In this document: positions 1 through 10,625 of the stretch, piece after piece
How positions within the stretch are numbered: position 1 is the first letter of the stretch
Layout of the letters: every line of letters starts with the position of its first letter
Assembly (NCBI GenBank): GCA_965219085.1
Contig: OZ244720.1
Location: 3,040,001-3,104,000, forward strand
Direction of reading: 5' to 3'
Length of the DNA: 64,000 nt
Origin: Dehalococcoidia bacterium
Lineage (GTDB): Bacteria; Chloroflexota; Dehalococcoidia; UBA2979
Notes under the pieces: model-generated
The model's database searches: none
Told to the model about the DNA's origin: nothing
Seen by the model: only the letters and a program-made list of their open reading frames with translations
Made by a program: the position numbers and the translations under genes

Positions 1-50
1 TCCTGCCAGGCGATGTTGAGCGCGAGCCGGTACGTCATGGGGGAGGCCAT
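1..50 (-). CDS. N-terminus of a gene running off the window (MASPMTYRLALNIAWQ...), possibly LLM-class flavin oxidoreductase
   Basis: Open frame from ATG at 50 to the window edge, co-oriented with the cox cluster; only 16 codons visible. Confidence 0.3.
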   Translation of the reverse strand, partial: MASPMTYRLALNIAWQ

Positions 51-141
51 TCCATCGTGGAGCGCCGAGGTGGGCGAGATGCCGTGGGGGAGCGGGTCGC
101 GCGCCGCGGCCCGGGATCACCGGGCCGCGGCGCGGGAAGTG

Positions 142-987
142 CTAGCGTCGCGCGGCCGAGGTGATGGCGCGGCCGGTGAAGACCTGCGTCATCGCCCGCC
201 GGTACGCCTCCGAGCCCGCGAGGTCCGCGTTGACGTCGTCGACGGCGGCGGCTCCCGCCGCCGCCGCGATGGCGTCATCGTCGAGCGACGACCCGGTCAA
301 GGCGTCCTCGACCGCCGCGAGGCGCTGCGCGTGCGTCGAGGCGCCGGTGACGGCGACGCGAGCGCCCGTGCAGACGCCGCCGTCGACGCTGAGCGAGGCC
401 GCCACACCCACGATCGCGAAGTGCGAGGCGGGGTGGCGGAGCTTCGCGTAGGCCGCGTGCGAGGGCGCGTCGAAGCTGACCGAGGTGATCATCTCGTCTT
501 CCGCCAGGTCGACCTCGAAGAGGCCCTGGAAGAAGTCGCCCGCCGCGACGCTGCGCTCACCGCCGCTGCCGGTGATGTGGATCGTTGCGTCGAGCGCGAC
601 GACCACGGCCGGCAGGTCGGACGCCGGGTCGGAGTGGGCGAGGCTGCCACCGATGGTGCCGCGGTTGCGCACCTGCTGGTCGCCGATCTCGCCCGCCGCC
701 TCGGCGACGACGGGTGCGGACGCGAGGAGCACCGCGTTGGACTCGAGCTCGGCGTGCGTGGTGAGCGCACCGACGGTGACGCGCCCGCCGTCCTCGCTGA
801 CGCCGGAGAGCCCCGGGATGCCGCTGATGTCGATCAGCAGCGTGGGCTCGGCCAGGCGCAGCTTCATCAGCGGGATCAGGCTGTGGCCGCCCGCGATGAA
901 GCGGGCGTCGCCGTCGTGCCCTTGCTTGAGCGCGAGCGCCTCCTCGACGGAGCCGGCGCGCTGGTAGTCGAACGCTGCGGGGATCAT
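142..987 (-). CDS. coxM: Xanthine dehydrogenase/CODH family FAD-binding (medium) subunit, CoxM/CutM-like
   Basis: MIPAAFDY start, AGGHSLIPLMKLRLA and QVRNRGTIGGS FAD motifs; 4-nt overlap with large subunit gene. Confidence 0.9.
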   Translation of the reverse strand: MIPAAFDYQRAGSVEEALALKQGHDGDARFIAGGHSLIPLMKLRLAEPTLLIDISGIPGLSGVSEDGGRVTVGALTTHAELESNAVLLASAPVVAEAAGEIGDQQVRNRGTIGGSLAHSDPASDLPAVVVALDATIHITGSGGERSVAAGDFFQGLFEVDLAEDEMITSVSFDAPSHAAYAKLRHPASHFAIVGVAASLSVDGGVCTGARVAVTGASTHAQRLAAVEDALTGSSLDDDAIAAAAGAAAVDDVNADLAGSEAYRRAMTQVFTGRAITSAARR

Positions 988-3352
988 GCGTCGCCTCCGT
1001 GGATAATGTTCCAGAGCTTCTCCGGCCGCAGCATCATGTCGACGTGCCGCACGCCGAACTCGCTGAGCGCGTCGACGGCGGCGCTGACGAGGCTCGGCGT
1101 CGAGCCGATCGTGCCGGCCTCGCCGATGCCCTTCACGCCCATCGGGTTGAGGGGCGAGGGGGTGACGGTGTGGTCGAGCTCGAAGCGCGGGAAGTCGCGC
1201 GCCCGCGGGATCTGGTAGTCCATGAACGATGCTGTGAGCAGCTGCCCGCTCCCCTCGTCGTAGACCGCCTCCTCGGTCATCGCCTGGCCGAAGCCCTGCG
1301 CGATGCCGCCGTGGAGCTGCCCCGCGACGATGAGCGGGTTGATGACGTTCCCGCAGTCATCGACGCCCACGAAGCGCTGCAGCTCGATCTCACCGGTGTC
1401 CCGGTCGATCTCGACCTGCGTGATGTAGCAGCCGAAGGGCCACGTGAAGCCCTCGGGCTCCCAGAACGCCTCCTCGCTCAGGCCGGGCTCGGTGTCCGGC
1501 GGGAGCGGGAGCGGGATGTAGGCGAAGCCGGCGACTTCGGCGAAGCCGACGCCGGTGTCCTCCTGCCCGGTCGGGCCGATCATCCCGTCGCGGAACGAGA
1601 GGTCGGCGGGCTGGGTCTCGAGCATCTGCGCGGCGAACTTGCGCATCTTCTCCTTGACCTTGCCGCTCGCCATGAGCAGCGCGGTGCCGCCCACCACCTG
1701 CGAGCGGCTGCCGAAGGTGCCCGTGCCCTCGCGCACCTGCCCGGTGTCGCCGTGGATGATCGCGATGTCGTCCATCGGGATGCCGAGGTCGTCCGCCAGC
1801 ATCTGCGCGAACGTCGTCTCGTGGCCCTGGCCGTGCGAGGACGCGCCGGAGGTGGCGCGCACCTTGCCGTCACGCTCCACACTCAGGCTTGCGTGCTCCC
1901 ACAGCCCGACGGTCGGCATCGCCGCCGAGGGGCCGAAGCCGCAGATCTCGGTGTAGAACGACATCCCGAGGCCGACGATGCGGCCCTCGGCGCGCGCGGC
2001 GTCGCGGTCGGCCTTCATCTGCTCCCATCCAGAGTTCTCGAGTGCCTGGTCGAGCAGGCGCTCGTACTCGCCGGAGTCGTAGACCATGCCGCCGGCGGTG
2101 GTGTACGGGAACTGGTCGGGCTGGATGAAGTTCACGCGCCGCACCTCGGCGGGGTCCATGCCCAGCTCGGATGCCAGCATGTCCATGCCGCGCTCGAGGA
2201 AGTAGATGCCCTCGGGCCGCCCGGCGCCGCGATAGGCGTCGGTCGGCATCTTGTTGGTGAACACCTCGGTCAGCTCGGCGCGCACGACCGGGATGTCGTA
2301 GACGCCGCTGATCATGAACGCGACCAGGGTGGGGATGGCGGCTGTCAGCACCATCTCGTAGGCGCCGATGTCGGCGATGAGCCGCATCTTGACGGCAAGC
2401 AGCTTGCCCTCGCCGGTCGCGGCGATGTCGATGTACCCGATCACGTCGCGGCCGTGGATCGTGGTCATGAACGCCTCGGAGCGGTCCTCGATCCACTTGA
2501 CCGGCCGCCCGAGCGCGCGCGAGATGGCAGCGGCCGCGAAGTCCTCGCCGTAGACGTTGATCTTGCTGCCGAAGCCCCCGCCCACGTCCGGGGCGATCAC
2601 GCGCACCTCGTGCTGGCCCATCCCCAGGATGGCGGCCAGCAGCGTGCGCGCGATGTGCGGGTTCTGGGTCGTCGACCAGGCGGTCAGCTCTTCCTTGCCC
2701 GGCTCGTAGTGCGCGACGATGCCGCGAGGCTCCATCGCGTTCGGCACGAGACGCTGGTTCATCATGCGCTGCGAGATCACGACGTCGGCGCGCTCGAACG
2801 CGTCGTCGAGCGCCGAGTTGTCCTCGATCTCGCCGGCAGCGTTCACGCCGGTGCCGGCCGGCGCCAACGGGACGGCGAGGTTGTTCTCGAACTCCTCGTA
2901 GATCGTCGCCGGCTCACCGGCCATCGCCCGCTCGGGGTCGATGACGGCGGGCAGCTCCTCGATCTCGACCTCGATCGCGGCTGCCGCGTCGGCGGCGAGG
3001 TAGCGATCGGTGGCGACGACGACGGCGACGGGCTCGCCCACGTAGCGCACGCGCTCCGGCGCGACCGAGTGGTGGTCGGGCGCCGGGAACGGCGTCGCGA
3101 CGGGCATCGGCGGGACCATGTCGGCGATCTGGGCGCCGGTGTACACCGCCTCGACGCCGTCCATCGCCTCGGCGGCGCTGGTGTCGATCGAGCGGATGAT
3201 GCCGTGCGCGGTGTCGCTACGCTTGAACGCGAGGTGCAGCATGCCCGGCAGCTTCACGTCGTCGACGTAGGTACCGTGACCCTGCACCAGGCGCGGGTCT
3301 TCGCGCCGCCGGACGCGCTGTCCGACGAGCTGGCCCGGGGTTGCGGCCATGG

Positions 3353-3356
<4 letters not shown>
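984..3356 (-). CDS. Molybdopterin-binding large subunit, form II CoxL-like molybdenum hydroxylase
   Basis: RREDPRL N-terminus, [16 protein letters not shown] loop, GVKGIGEAG; ATG at 3356 overlaps coxS stop (ATGA). Confidence 0.9.
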
Positions 3357-3816
<460 letters not shown>

Positions 3817-3820
<4 letters not shown>

Positions 3821-4278
3821 GTGGCTGCCCCCTCCTCTGTTGCCGCTTTTGCGTCTCGCTCGATCGCCTCGAAGAACTGGCGCGCCATCCCGCGCGCCGA
3901 CGAGGTCAGCAGACGGCCGCCGACGCGCCCGAGGGCGCCCCGGATCGTCACGTCCGCGTCATAACTGAGATGTGTGCCGTCGCCGTCCTCGGTGAGTTCG
4001 ATCCTGGCATCGCCCGTCGCGCCGCCGGGCCGGCCGGAGCCTTCCGCGTGCAGGGTGTAGCGCGTCTCGGGCTCCTGATCGCTCATGGCGACCTTGCCCT
4101 TGAACGCGCCTCGTACCGGGCCGATGCCGACCTGCGCGGTGAGTTCGTACGTAGCGGGCGCGACTTCGTCGAACGTCTTGCAGCCGGGGACCGCCTGCCG
4201 GATGACGTCCGGGTCTTGCAGCAGCGCCCACACGGTGGTGCGGGGGAGGGAGAAGCGGTGCTCGCCTTCGATGCGCAC
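3817..4278 (-). CDS. coxG: CoxG / SRPBCC family protein
   Basis: [11 protein letters not shown] motif; GTG at 4278 preceded by GAGGAGG; first gene of the cox-like operon. Confidence 0.85.
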
Positions 4279-4350
4279 GCAAGACCTCCTCGCCCCCGTG
4301 AGGCGGGCGGATGATACCACCGATGCGAGGCGTCCGGCCCCGGCGTTACG

Positions 4351-5805
4351 TCAGCGCCGCTCGGGCCGCACTGGCCCCGGCCGGGTCACGAACGTGCACA
4401 CCAGCGCGATCGCCAGGAACAGCGCCCCCAGCAGGTAGGCCGCGCGCCAGCCGTCGAGGAACGCCGCGCTCGCGCCGGCGGTCTCTCGGACTTCGCTCAA
4501 CGGAATGTCGAAGCCCTGTCCCGCCATCACCGCCACGACCACGCCGGCGGCGACGGCCTGCCCGACGACGTTGCCGACGTTTCTTGTCAGGTTCGAGAGT
4601 GCGCCGACGACGCCGAGACGTGAGGGGGCGACGGCGCCCATGATCACGGCGTTGTTGGGCACGTTCCAACTCCCCATGCCCAGCCCGTTGATGAGGAGCA
4701 GCACCGCCACCACCCAGATAGGCGTCGCGTTCGACAGGAACGCGAACACCAGCGCGGCGCCCACCATGATCGCGAATCCCAGGAGGGTGAACCGCCTCGG
4801 CCCGAAGCGGTCCGAGAGTCGCCCCGAGGCCTGCGCCGAGGTGCCCATGCCGACGAACATCAGGAACAGCACGCCGCCGGCCGCCGCCGTGTCCAACCCT
4901 CGCAGGCTGATCAGGTAGATGGGCGCCATCAGCTGCGTGACCGTCGCGCCGAGGAACCCGAGGAACCGAGCCACCACCGCGAGGGTGAAGATGCGCTCCC
5001 TGAACATCCGCAACTGGACCATCGGCGCGCGGTGGCGGAGTTCCCACCGCACGAAGCCGGTGAACAGCACCGCCGCCGCCACGAGCGCACCGAGGGTGAG
5101 CGGCGAGGTCCAACTGAGCGCGAACGGGTTGTTGATCGTCACCACCAGCAGCGCGATCGCTACCACCGAGACGCTGATGCCGACGTAGTCGAACGGCGGC
5201 CGTTCGGCCTCGCGCGCCTGGCCCAGCCGCTCGTCGGTGAGGATGAAGTACCCGGCGACGAACGCGATTGCGATGGGAATCTGCACCATCCAGAAGAGTG
5301 CTTCCCACGGGAGCACCTGCAGCACGAAGCCGGCCACGATGGGCCCCGAGGCGCCGCCGATCGCGACCGCCGTCGTCTGGCTGCCAATCGCCTTGCCGCG
5401 CTCTTCCGGCGGGAAGGCCGAAACGACCATCGCCGTACCGACGGACTGACCCATGGAGTTGCCCGCCGCCATCAGCACCCGCGCGGCAATGAGCAGGCCA
5501 AACGTCGGCGCGAGCGCGACACACAACGCGCCACCGGCGAAGACCACGAGGCCGGTCAGGTGGACGCGCCTCCAGCCGATGATGTCGGCGAGGCGTCCGG
5601 CGGGCATCATCAGCGCGCTGATGGTGAGCGCTTGCGCCACCACCACCCAGCTCACGGCTCGCAACGTCACGCCGAAGTCGTCGGCGATGGCCGCCAGCGC
5701 CACGAACACCATCGACTGGCTCAGTACCTGCGTGACGAACGAGATGCCGATGGCGGTGAACGCCGTCCACTTGTAGCTGTAGTCACGCTCGATGGGAGGC
5801 TTCAT
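4351..5805 (-). CDS. MFS transporter (DHA2/EmrB-like, ~14 TM)
   Basis: GRLADIIGWRR motif A, many hydrophobic helices; start at 5805 or 5829. Confidence 0.88.
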   Translation of the reverse strand: MKPPIERDYSYKWTAFTAIGISFVTQVLSQSMVFVALAAIADDFGVTLRAVSWVVVAQALTISALMMPAGRLADIIGWRRVHLTGLVVFAGGALCVALAPTFGLLIAARVLMAAGNSMGQSVGTAMVVSAFPPEERGKAIGSQTTAVAIGGASGPIVAGFVLQVLPWEALFWMVQIPIAIAFVAGYFILTDERLGQAREAERPPFDYVGISVSVVAIALLVVTINNPFALSWTSPLTLGALVAAAVLFTGFVRWELRHRAPMVQLRMFRERIFTLAVVARFLGFLGATVTQLMAPIYLISLRGLDTAAAGGVLFLMFVGMGTSAQASGRLSDRFGPRRFTLLGFAIMVGAALVFAFLSNATPIWVVAVLLLINGLGMGSWNVPNNAVIMGAVAPSRLGVVGALSNLTRNVGNVVGQAVAAGVVVAVMAGQGFDIPLSEVRETAGASAAFLDGWRAAYLLGALFLAIALVCTFVTRPGPVRPERR

Positions 5806-5987
5806 CCCGCCGTGCGTGAATGGGTTCATGACGGGGGCGTTCACAGACGGCGTACCAACATGGAGCCCCTGTCGAGTGTCGAGAGATCGACCGACGCGGC
5901 ATCGAGGAGTGCGGCGTGGGATCGAGTCTACCCGTGCCCGGAACGGGGCAACACGGGACGGCCCAGCATCCCGGCCCGCCTCGCGAC

Positions 5988-6020
5988 TACAATGATCGCG
6001 GCAACATCCCGCGAGGAGGA
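5988..6020 (+). promoter_or_regulatory. Putative -10 box (TACAAT 5988-5993) and Shine-Dalgarno (GAGGAGG 6013-6019) of hflX
   Basis: Motifs read directly from the sequence. Confidence 0.5.
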
Positions 6021-6024
6021 CTGC

Positions 6025-7323
6025 ATCCCGAGGAAGCGCCCGCGTAACGGCAGACGCAACGGCGAGAACGGCCGCGGCACGAACGGCACGGCCGGCTCGC
6101 GACCCACGCGCCGCTCGACGCACGTCACCACGCCCGCGCAGGAGCGCGCATACCTCGTCGGCCTGGACTACGGGCAGCGCTCGACGATGGGACCGCGCGA
6201 GTCGCTGCGCGAGCTCGCGAGGCTCGCCCGCACCGCCGGCGCGACCGTCGTTGGGCAGACGCTGCAGCGTCGCAAGCGGCCCGAGCCGGCCACCTACATC
6301 GGCGCCGGCAAGCTCGAGGAGATCGGCGGCCTGCGCGACGAGACCGACTACTCCGTCGTGATCTTTGACGAGCAGCTCTCGCCCGGCCAGCAACTGCGCC
6401 TGGAGTCCGCGCTCGAGGTGAAGGTGCTCGACCGCAGTGCGCTCATCCTCGACATCTTCGCGAGCCGCGCGAGCACCCGCGAGGCAGCGCTGCAGGTGGA
6501 CCTCGCTCAGCACGAGTACCTCCTGCCGCGGCTGCGTGGCCAGTGGCAGCACCTCGAACGACTCGAGGGCGCGATCGGATCGCGCGGCCCCGGCGAGACA
6601 CAGCTGGAGACGGACCGGCGGCTGATCGGCGGACGCATCAGCCGCCTCAAGCGCCAGATTGGCGGCGTGCGCCGTCAGCGCGAGCTGCACCGCAGCCGCC
6701 GTCGCCGCGAGGGCATCCCCGTCGTCGCGCTCATCGGCTACACGAACGCCGGGAAGTCCTCGCTGCTCCAGTCGCTCGCCGGCTCCGAGACGCTGACAGC
6801 CGACGCGCTCTTCGCGACGCTCGACCCGCTGACGCGCCGCGTCGGGACCGACGACGCCGAGACGTTCCTGCTCACCGACACGGTGGGCTTCATCCAGAAG
6901 CTGCCCACGCAGTTGATCTCCGCCTTCCGGGCCACCCTCGAGGAACTCGAGAGCGCCGACCTGCTCCTCCACGTCGTCGACACGACCTCCGAGGCGGCGA
7001 GCGCGCAGAGCGAGACGGTGCTCGACACGCTCGCCGGGCTCGGGATTGCGGGCACGCCGATGCTGACGGTGCTGAACAAGGCCGACGAGCTCGTGTTGCC
7101 CGACGGATCGCCCCCCACCTGCGAGGCCGACCTCGCGCGGATCGCGATCGACAACCCGGCGCGCGAGGCCGCCGAGGCGCACGCCGAGATGCCGAACCTC
7201 GGGACGGTGCTGGTCTCCGCGCTCACGGGCTGGGGCGTCGCCGAGCTGCGTGCGCGCCTCGGCTACGAGCTGTTCGGCAAGGGCCTCGCGGCGTCCGGTC
7301 CGGCGAGGGCGCTGACGACCTAA
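6025..7323 (+). CDS. hflX: Ribosome-splitting GTPase HflX
   Basis: TYIGAGK, DIFA.RA.TREA.LQV, RGPGETQLETDRR, GYTNAGKS (G1), DTVGF, NKAD; start ATC 6025 (after SD) or ATG 5992. Confidence 0.95.
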   Translation: MPRKRPRNGRRNGENGRGTNGTAGSRPTRRSTHVTTPAQERAYLVGLDYGQRSTMGPRESLRELARLARTAGATVVGQTLQRRKRPEPATYIGAGKLEEIGGLRDETDYSVVIFDEQLSPGQQLRLESALEVKVLDRSALILDIFASRASTREAALQVDLAQHEYLLPRLRGQWQHLERLEGAIGSRGPGETQLETDRRLIGGRISRLKRQIGGVRRQRELHRSRRRREGIPVVALIGYTNAGKSSLLQSLAGSETLTADALFATLDPLTRRVGTDDAETFLLTDTVGFIQKLPTQLISAFRATLEELESADLLLHVVDTTSEAASAQSETVLDTLAGLGIAGTPMLTVLNKADELVLPDGSPPTCEADLARIAIDNPAREAAEAHAEMPNLGTVLVSALTGWGVAELRARLGYELFGKGLAASGPARALTT

Positions 7324-7330
7324 CCGCCGG

Positions 7331-8149
7331 CTAACCGCCGGAGCGGCCGCGCGGCGCGCGCAGGGCGAAGCGCTCCGGATCCTGCAGCCACGGGCGATTC
7401 GAGAACTGTGTGTGGAGCGCGGAGGCAAGCTCGCGCAGCACGTCGGGCGCGGCCCGGGCGGCTCGGCGCTGCGCATCCTCGTCGCCCGTCAGGCCATCGA
7501 GCCACGGCCGGAGCCAGCGGCTGCGCTGCGTCGCGCGTGCGGCGGGATAGAGCCACTCGGCGGGCGGGTAGCTCCCCTCGTCGAGCAGGCAGGCGAGGCG
7601 CGCGACGGCGCCGGCCGCCTCGCCCGCGACGATGAGCGTGTCTTCACCCGCGTGCGGCAGGGCGTCGAGGGCCGCGAACACCTGCAGGTAGAGCGTGCGC
7701 GCCGCGCGCTCCAGCGCCTCGACCTCCAGGCGGGCGGCGGCCGACGCGATCCCGTCGTGGCGTGCGCGAGGGTCGTGCAGCACCTCGGCGTGCCGGAGTG
7801 TCCAGCGCACCTCGAAGGCGCGGCGGGTCGTCGCTTCCAGCAGGCCAGCGCAGCCCTCGGTGGTGACGACGGTGAGTTCGCCGTCATCGTCGCCGACGCG
7901 CCGCAGGCCGTCGCGCATGAGCGGGCTGAGCCACGGCTCCGGCAGTGTGCGCGCGTCGGTCGCGTCGATGAGCAGCCAGAACGCGGGTGTGAGGGCGGCC
8001 ATGTCCGACGTGTCCGCCCAGTCGGCGAGCGGCGGGCGGATGAGCAGCAGCGTCACGTCGCGATACAACTCGTCCCACGGCGGCTCGCCGAGCAGCGCGA
8101 GCCGGGGGTCCACCTCGACGGGACGCGGGTCGGCGTGCTCGCTGGTCAC
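7331..8149 (-). CDS. Hypothetical protein (possibly degenerate nucleotidyltransferase-associated)
   Basis: GTG at 8149 overlaps upstream stop (GTGA); no clear motif. Confidence 0.55.
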   Translation of the reverse strand: MTSEHADPRPVEVDPRLALLGEPPWDELYRDVTLLLIRPPLADWADTSDMAALTPAFWLLIDATDARTLPEPWLSPLMRDGLRRVGDDDGELTVVTTEGCAGLLEATTRRAFEVRWTLRHAEVLHDPRARHDGIASAAARLEVEALERAARTLYLQVFAALDALPHAGEDTLIVAGEAAGAVARLACLLDEGSYPPAEWLYPAARATQRSRWLRPWLDGLTGDEDAQRRAARAAPDVLRELASALHTQFSNRPWLQDPERFALRAPRGRSGG

Positions 8150-8652
8150 GACGCCTCGAGCCGCATGGCGAGCGTCGCGACGCGCCAGCCGAGCGTGCGC
8201 GCCTGGTCGCGGTCGTCGTTGGTGAGTTCGCCGCTCGCCGTGGCGCCGTAGAAGGAGCCGGAGCGGCGCATGCGCTCCGTCCACTGCAGGCCGACGAAGA
8301 CCATGCCGTGCCCCACCAGCAGGTGCAGCAGTTGCTGCAGGGTCACCTCGAGGCCGCCGCGCGGCGACCAGCCGGCCGCGAACGCGCCCCCGGGCTTGCC
8401 GGCCAGGTCGCCGCTCTCCCAGAGGTCGCCGGACTCGTCGAGCCAACTCTTGAGGCGGCCAGTCACGCCGGTCCAGTTCGGCGAGCCGAGGATGAGCGCG
8501 TCGGCCTGCAGCAACTCGTCCTGGTCTGCATCCTCCACGTCGAGCAGCACGGGAGTGGCGCCGCGCACCAGCGCGACGCCCACGCCCACGTGCTGCGCGA
8601 GCCCGCGAATCAGGTTGGCGCGGCCGTCGTAGACCACCAGTACGCGCGCCAC
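8146..8652 (-). CDS. Flavodoxin-fold / WrbA-like NAD(P)H-dependent oxidoreductase
   Basis: ADALILGSP, LAGKPGGAF, GGLEVTL, YGA motifs. Confidence 0.8.
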   Translation of the reverse strand: MARVLVVYDGRANLIRGLAQHVGVGVALVRGATPVLLDVEDADQDELLQADALILGSPNWTGVTGRLKSWLDESGDLWESGDLAGKPGGAFAAGWSPRGGLEVTLQQLLHLLVGHGMVFVGLQWTERMRRSGSFYGATASGELTNDDRDQARTLGWRVATLAMRLEAS

Positions 8653-8679
8653 GGTCGTACCCGGGCCGGACTACCGAGG

Positions 8680-8949
8680 CTAGCCGTCGGTCCCGGTTTG
8701 CTCGGTGACGACGCGGCGGAAGTGAGTCACGCGCTCGTCGTCTTCGTCGATCACCAGGTCCTCACCCTCGACGGTCTCGCGCAGCCAGGTGATGACCGCG
8801 GCGGCGCCGCCGTAGGCGACGAACCACTCGAGACCCTGTAGCAGCGCGAGCAGGCCGACGCGGTCGCTGTTGCGATAGCGCACCGTGCCCCAGGCGATGC
8901 CGCCGGCGAGTGCGGCGAGGGCGAATCCCAGTTGCTGCTTATCGCTCAT
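8680..8949 (-). CDS. Small membrane hypothetical protein
   Basis: Two hydrophobic segments; AAGGAGG upstream. Confidence 0.6.
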   Translation of the reverse strand: MSDKQQLGFALAALAGGIAWGTVRYRNSDRVGLLALLQGLEWFVAYGGAAAVITWLRETVEGEDLVIDEDDERVTHFRRVVTEQTGTDG

Positions 8950-9197
8950 CACGCGCCTCCTTCATGTGCATTCCAGGCTCGGCCTCATCGTACGTGGCGA
9001 GGGCGCGCGCGGCATAGCATGTGGCTGGAGCCGCGGGAACGCGGGCGAGGGCAACGGTTCGGGCGGGGCGGTGGCGTGTCCTGCCTAGTTCTGACACACT
9101 GCGCCCCGAAATCGGGAACCTTATAGGCGCGGGGTGACGTATCCTGCGCGATGACGCGCGCCCAACGACGCGCGTCGCAGTCGGGAAGGGGAAGCGT

Positions 9198-10091
9198 TTG
9201 CAGGCACTCACAGTGGAACGCCCCACGTCCATTCAGGAAGCGGTGCAGTTGCTCAACGACGGCGGCGAAACCGCGAAGGTGCTGGCCGGTGGGACGGACG
9301 TGATCGTCATCGCACGTTCGCGGCGGCGCACGATCGACCTGTTGGTCGACGTCAAGCAGATTCCAGAAGTCATGGCCGTCTCGTGGGATCCGGGTTCGGG
9401 CCTCACCATGGGCGCGGCCACGCCGTGTTACCAGATCTACGGGGACGCGGACATCAACGCGAACTACCCGGCCATCATCGACTGCGCGTCGCTGATCGGG
9501 GGGACGGGCATCCAGGGCCGCGCGAGCTTCGGCGGCAACCTCTGCAACTCCTCGCCCTCGGGCGACACGATCCCAACGCAGATCGTGCTAGAGGCGGTCG
9601 CGAACATCGTCGGCCCCGGCGGTGAGCGGCAGGTACCCGTGGAGGACTTCTGCACGGGCCCCGGCCGTAACGTGCTGGAGCAGGGCGAGTTCCTGGTCTC
9701 GTTGCACTTCCCGGTGCCCGAGGCGGGCAGCGGCGCTCGCTTCCTGCGCTTCATCCCGCGCAACGAGATGGACATCGCGGTCTGCAACTCGGCCTCGGCC
9801 GTGAAGATGGACGGCGACACCGTGCGCTGGGCGCGCGTCGTCATCGGCGCCGTCGCGCCCATCCCGCTGCTCGTGCAGGGGGCAGCCGACGCGCTCGTCG
9901 GCAACCCGCTCAACGACGACACGATCGCCGCTGCGGCCGAAGCTGCTCGCGAAGCCGCCAGCCCGATCGACGACATGCGCGGCTCGATCCGGCAGCGCAA
10001 GCACCTCTCCGCGGTGCTCACGAAGCGCACGCTCGAGCAGGCCGGAGCACGCGCACGCGGGGAGGACATCCCCTCGGTTGGAGGGCACTAA
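9198..10091 (+). CDS. Xanthine dehydrogenase family FAD-binding subunit
   Basis: LAGGTD, RASFGGNLCNSSPSGD, RNEMDIA, PIDDMRGS. Confidence 0.9.
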   Translation: MQALTVERPTSIQEAVQLLNDGGETAKVLAGGTDVIVIARSRRRTIDLLVDVKQIPEVMAVSWDPGSGLTMGAATPCYQIYGDADINANYPAIIDCASLIGGTGIQGRASFGGNLCNSSPSGDTIPTQIVLEAVANIVGPGGERQVPVEDFCTGPGRNVLEQGEFLVSLHFPVPEAGSGARFLRFIPRNEMDIAVCNSASAVKMDGDTVRWARVVIGAVAPIPLLVQGAADALVGNPLNDDTIAAAAEAAREAASPIDDMRGSIRQRKHLSAVLTKRTLEQAGARARGEDIPSVGGH

Positions 10092-10092
10092 G

Positions 10093-10557
10093 TTGGCCAG
10101 AGCGATTATCTCCGCCACCATCAACGGTGAGCCCATGGAGTTCCTCGCCGACACCCGCGACAGCCTCCTGGAGGCGTTGCGCGATCGCATCGGACTGACG
10201 GGGACGAAGGAAGGCTGTAACGACGGCAACTGTGGCGCGTGCTCGGTCATCATGGATGGCCGGCTCGTGAACTCCTGCCTCGTCATGGCCGCCGAGGTCG
10301 ATGGCGCCGACGTGATCACGGTCGAGGGCCTCGCCACAGAGGACGGGCTGATCCCGCTACAGCAGAGCTTCCTGGAAGAGGCGGCCCTACAGTGCGGCAT
10401 CTGCACCCCGGGCTTCCTCGTGGCCTCCAAGGCGCTGCTGGACGCGAATCCGAACCCCACGGAGTTCGAGGCTCGCTACTGGCTCGCCGGCAACCTCTGT
10501 CGGTGCACCGGGTACGACAAGATCATCCGCGCGGTGCTCAAGGCCGCTGAGGCCTAA
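10093..10557 (+). CDS. (2Fe-2S)-binding subunit
   Basis: [31 protein letters not shown]; TTG start. Confidence 0.92.
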   Translation: MARAIISATINGEPMEFLADTRDSLLEALRDRIGLTGTKEGCNDGNCGACSVIMDGRLVNSCLVMAAEVDGADVITVEGLATEDGLIPLQQSFLEEAALQCGICTPGFLVASKALLDANPNPTEFEARYWLAGNLCRCTGYDKIIRAVLKAAEA

Positions 10558-10625
10558 GCCGCCAATCTGACGGCCGCCGCGAGGCGGCCGTCCGGCATCA
10601 CGCCACACGCACGAAGGAGTACCGA

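Noticed and set aside
10569-10592. Hairpin between FeS and Mo subunit genes as a REP family
   Set aside because: No matching copies seen elsewhere; likely a local mRNA stability hairpin
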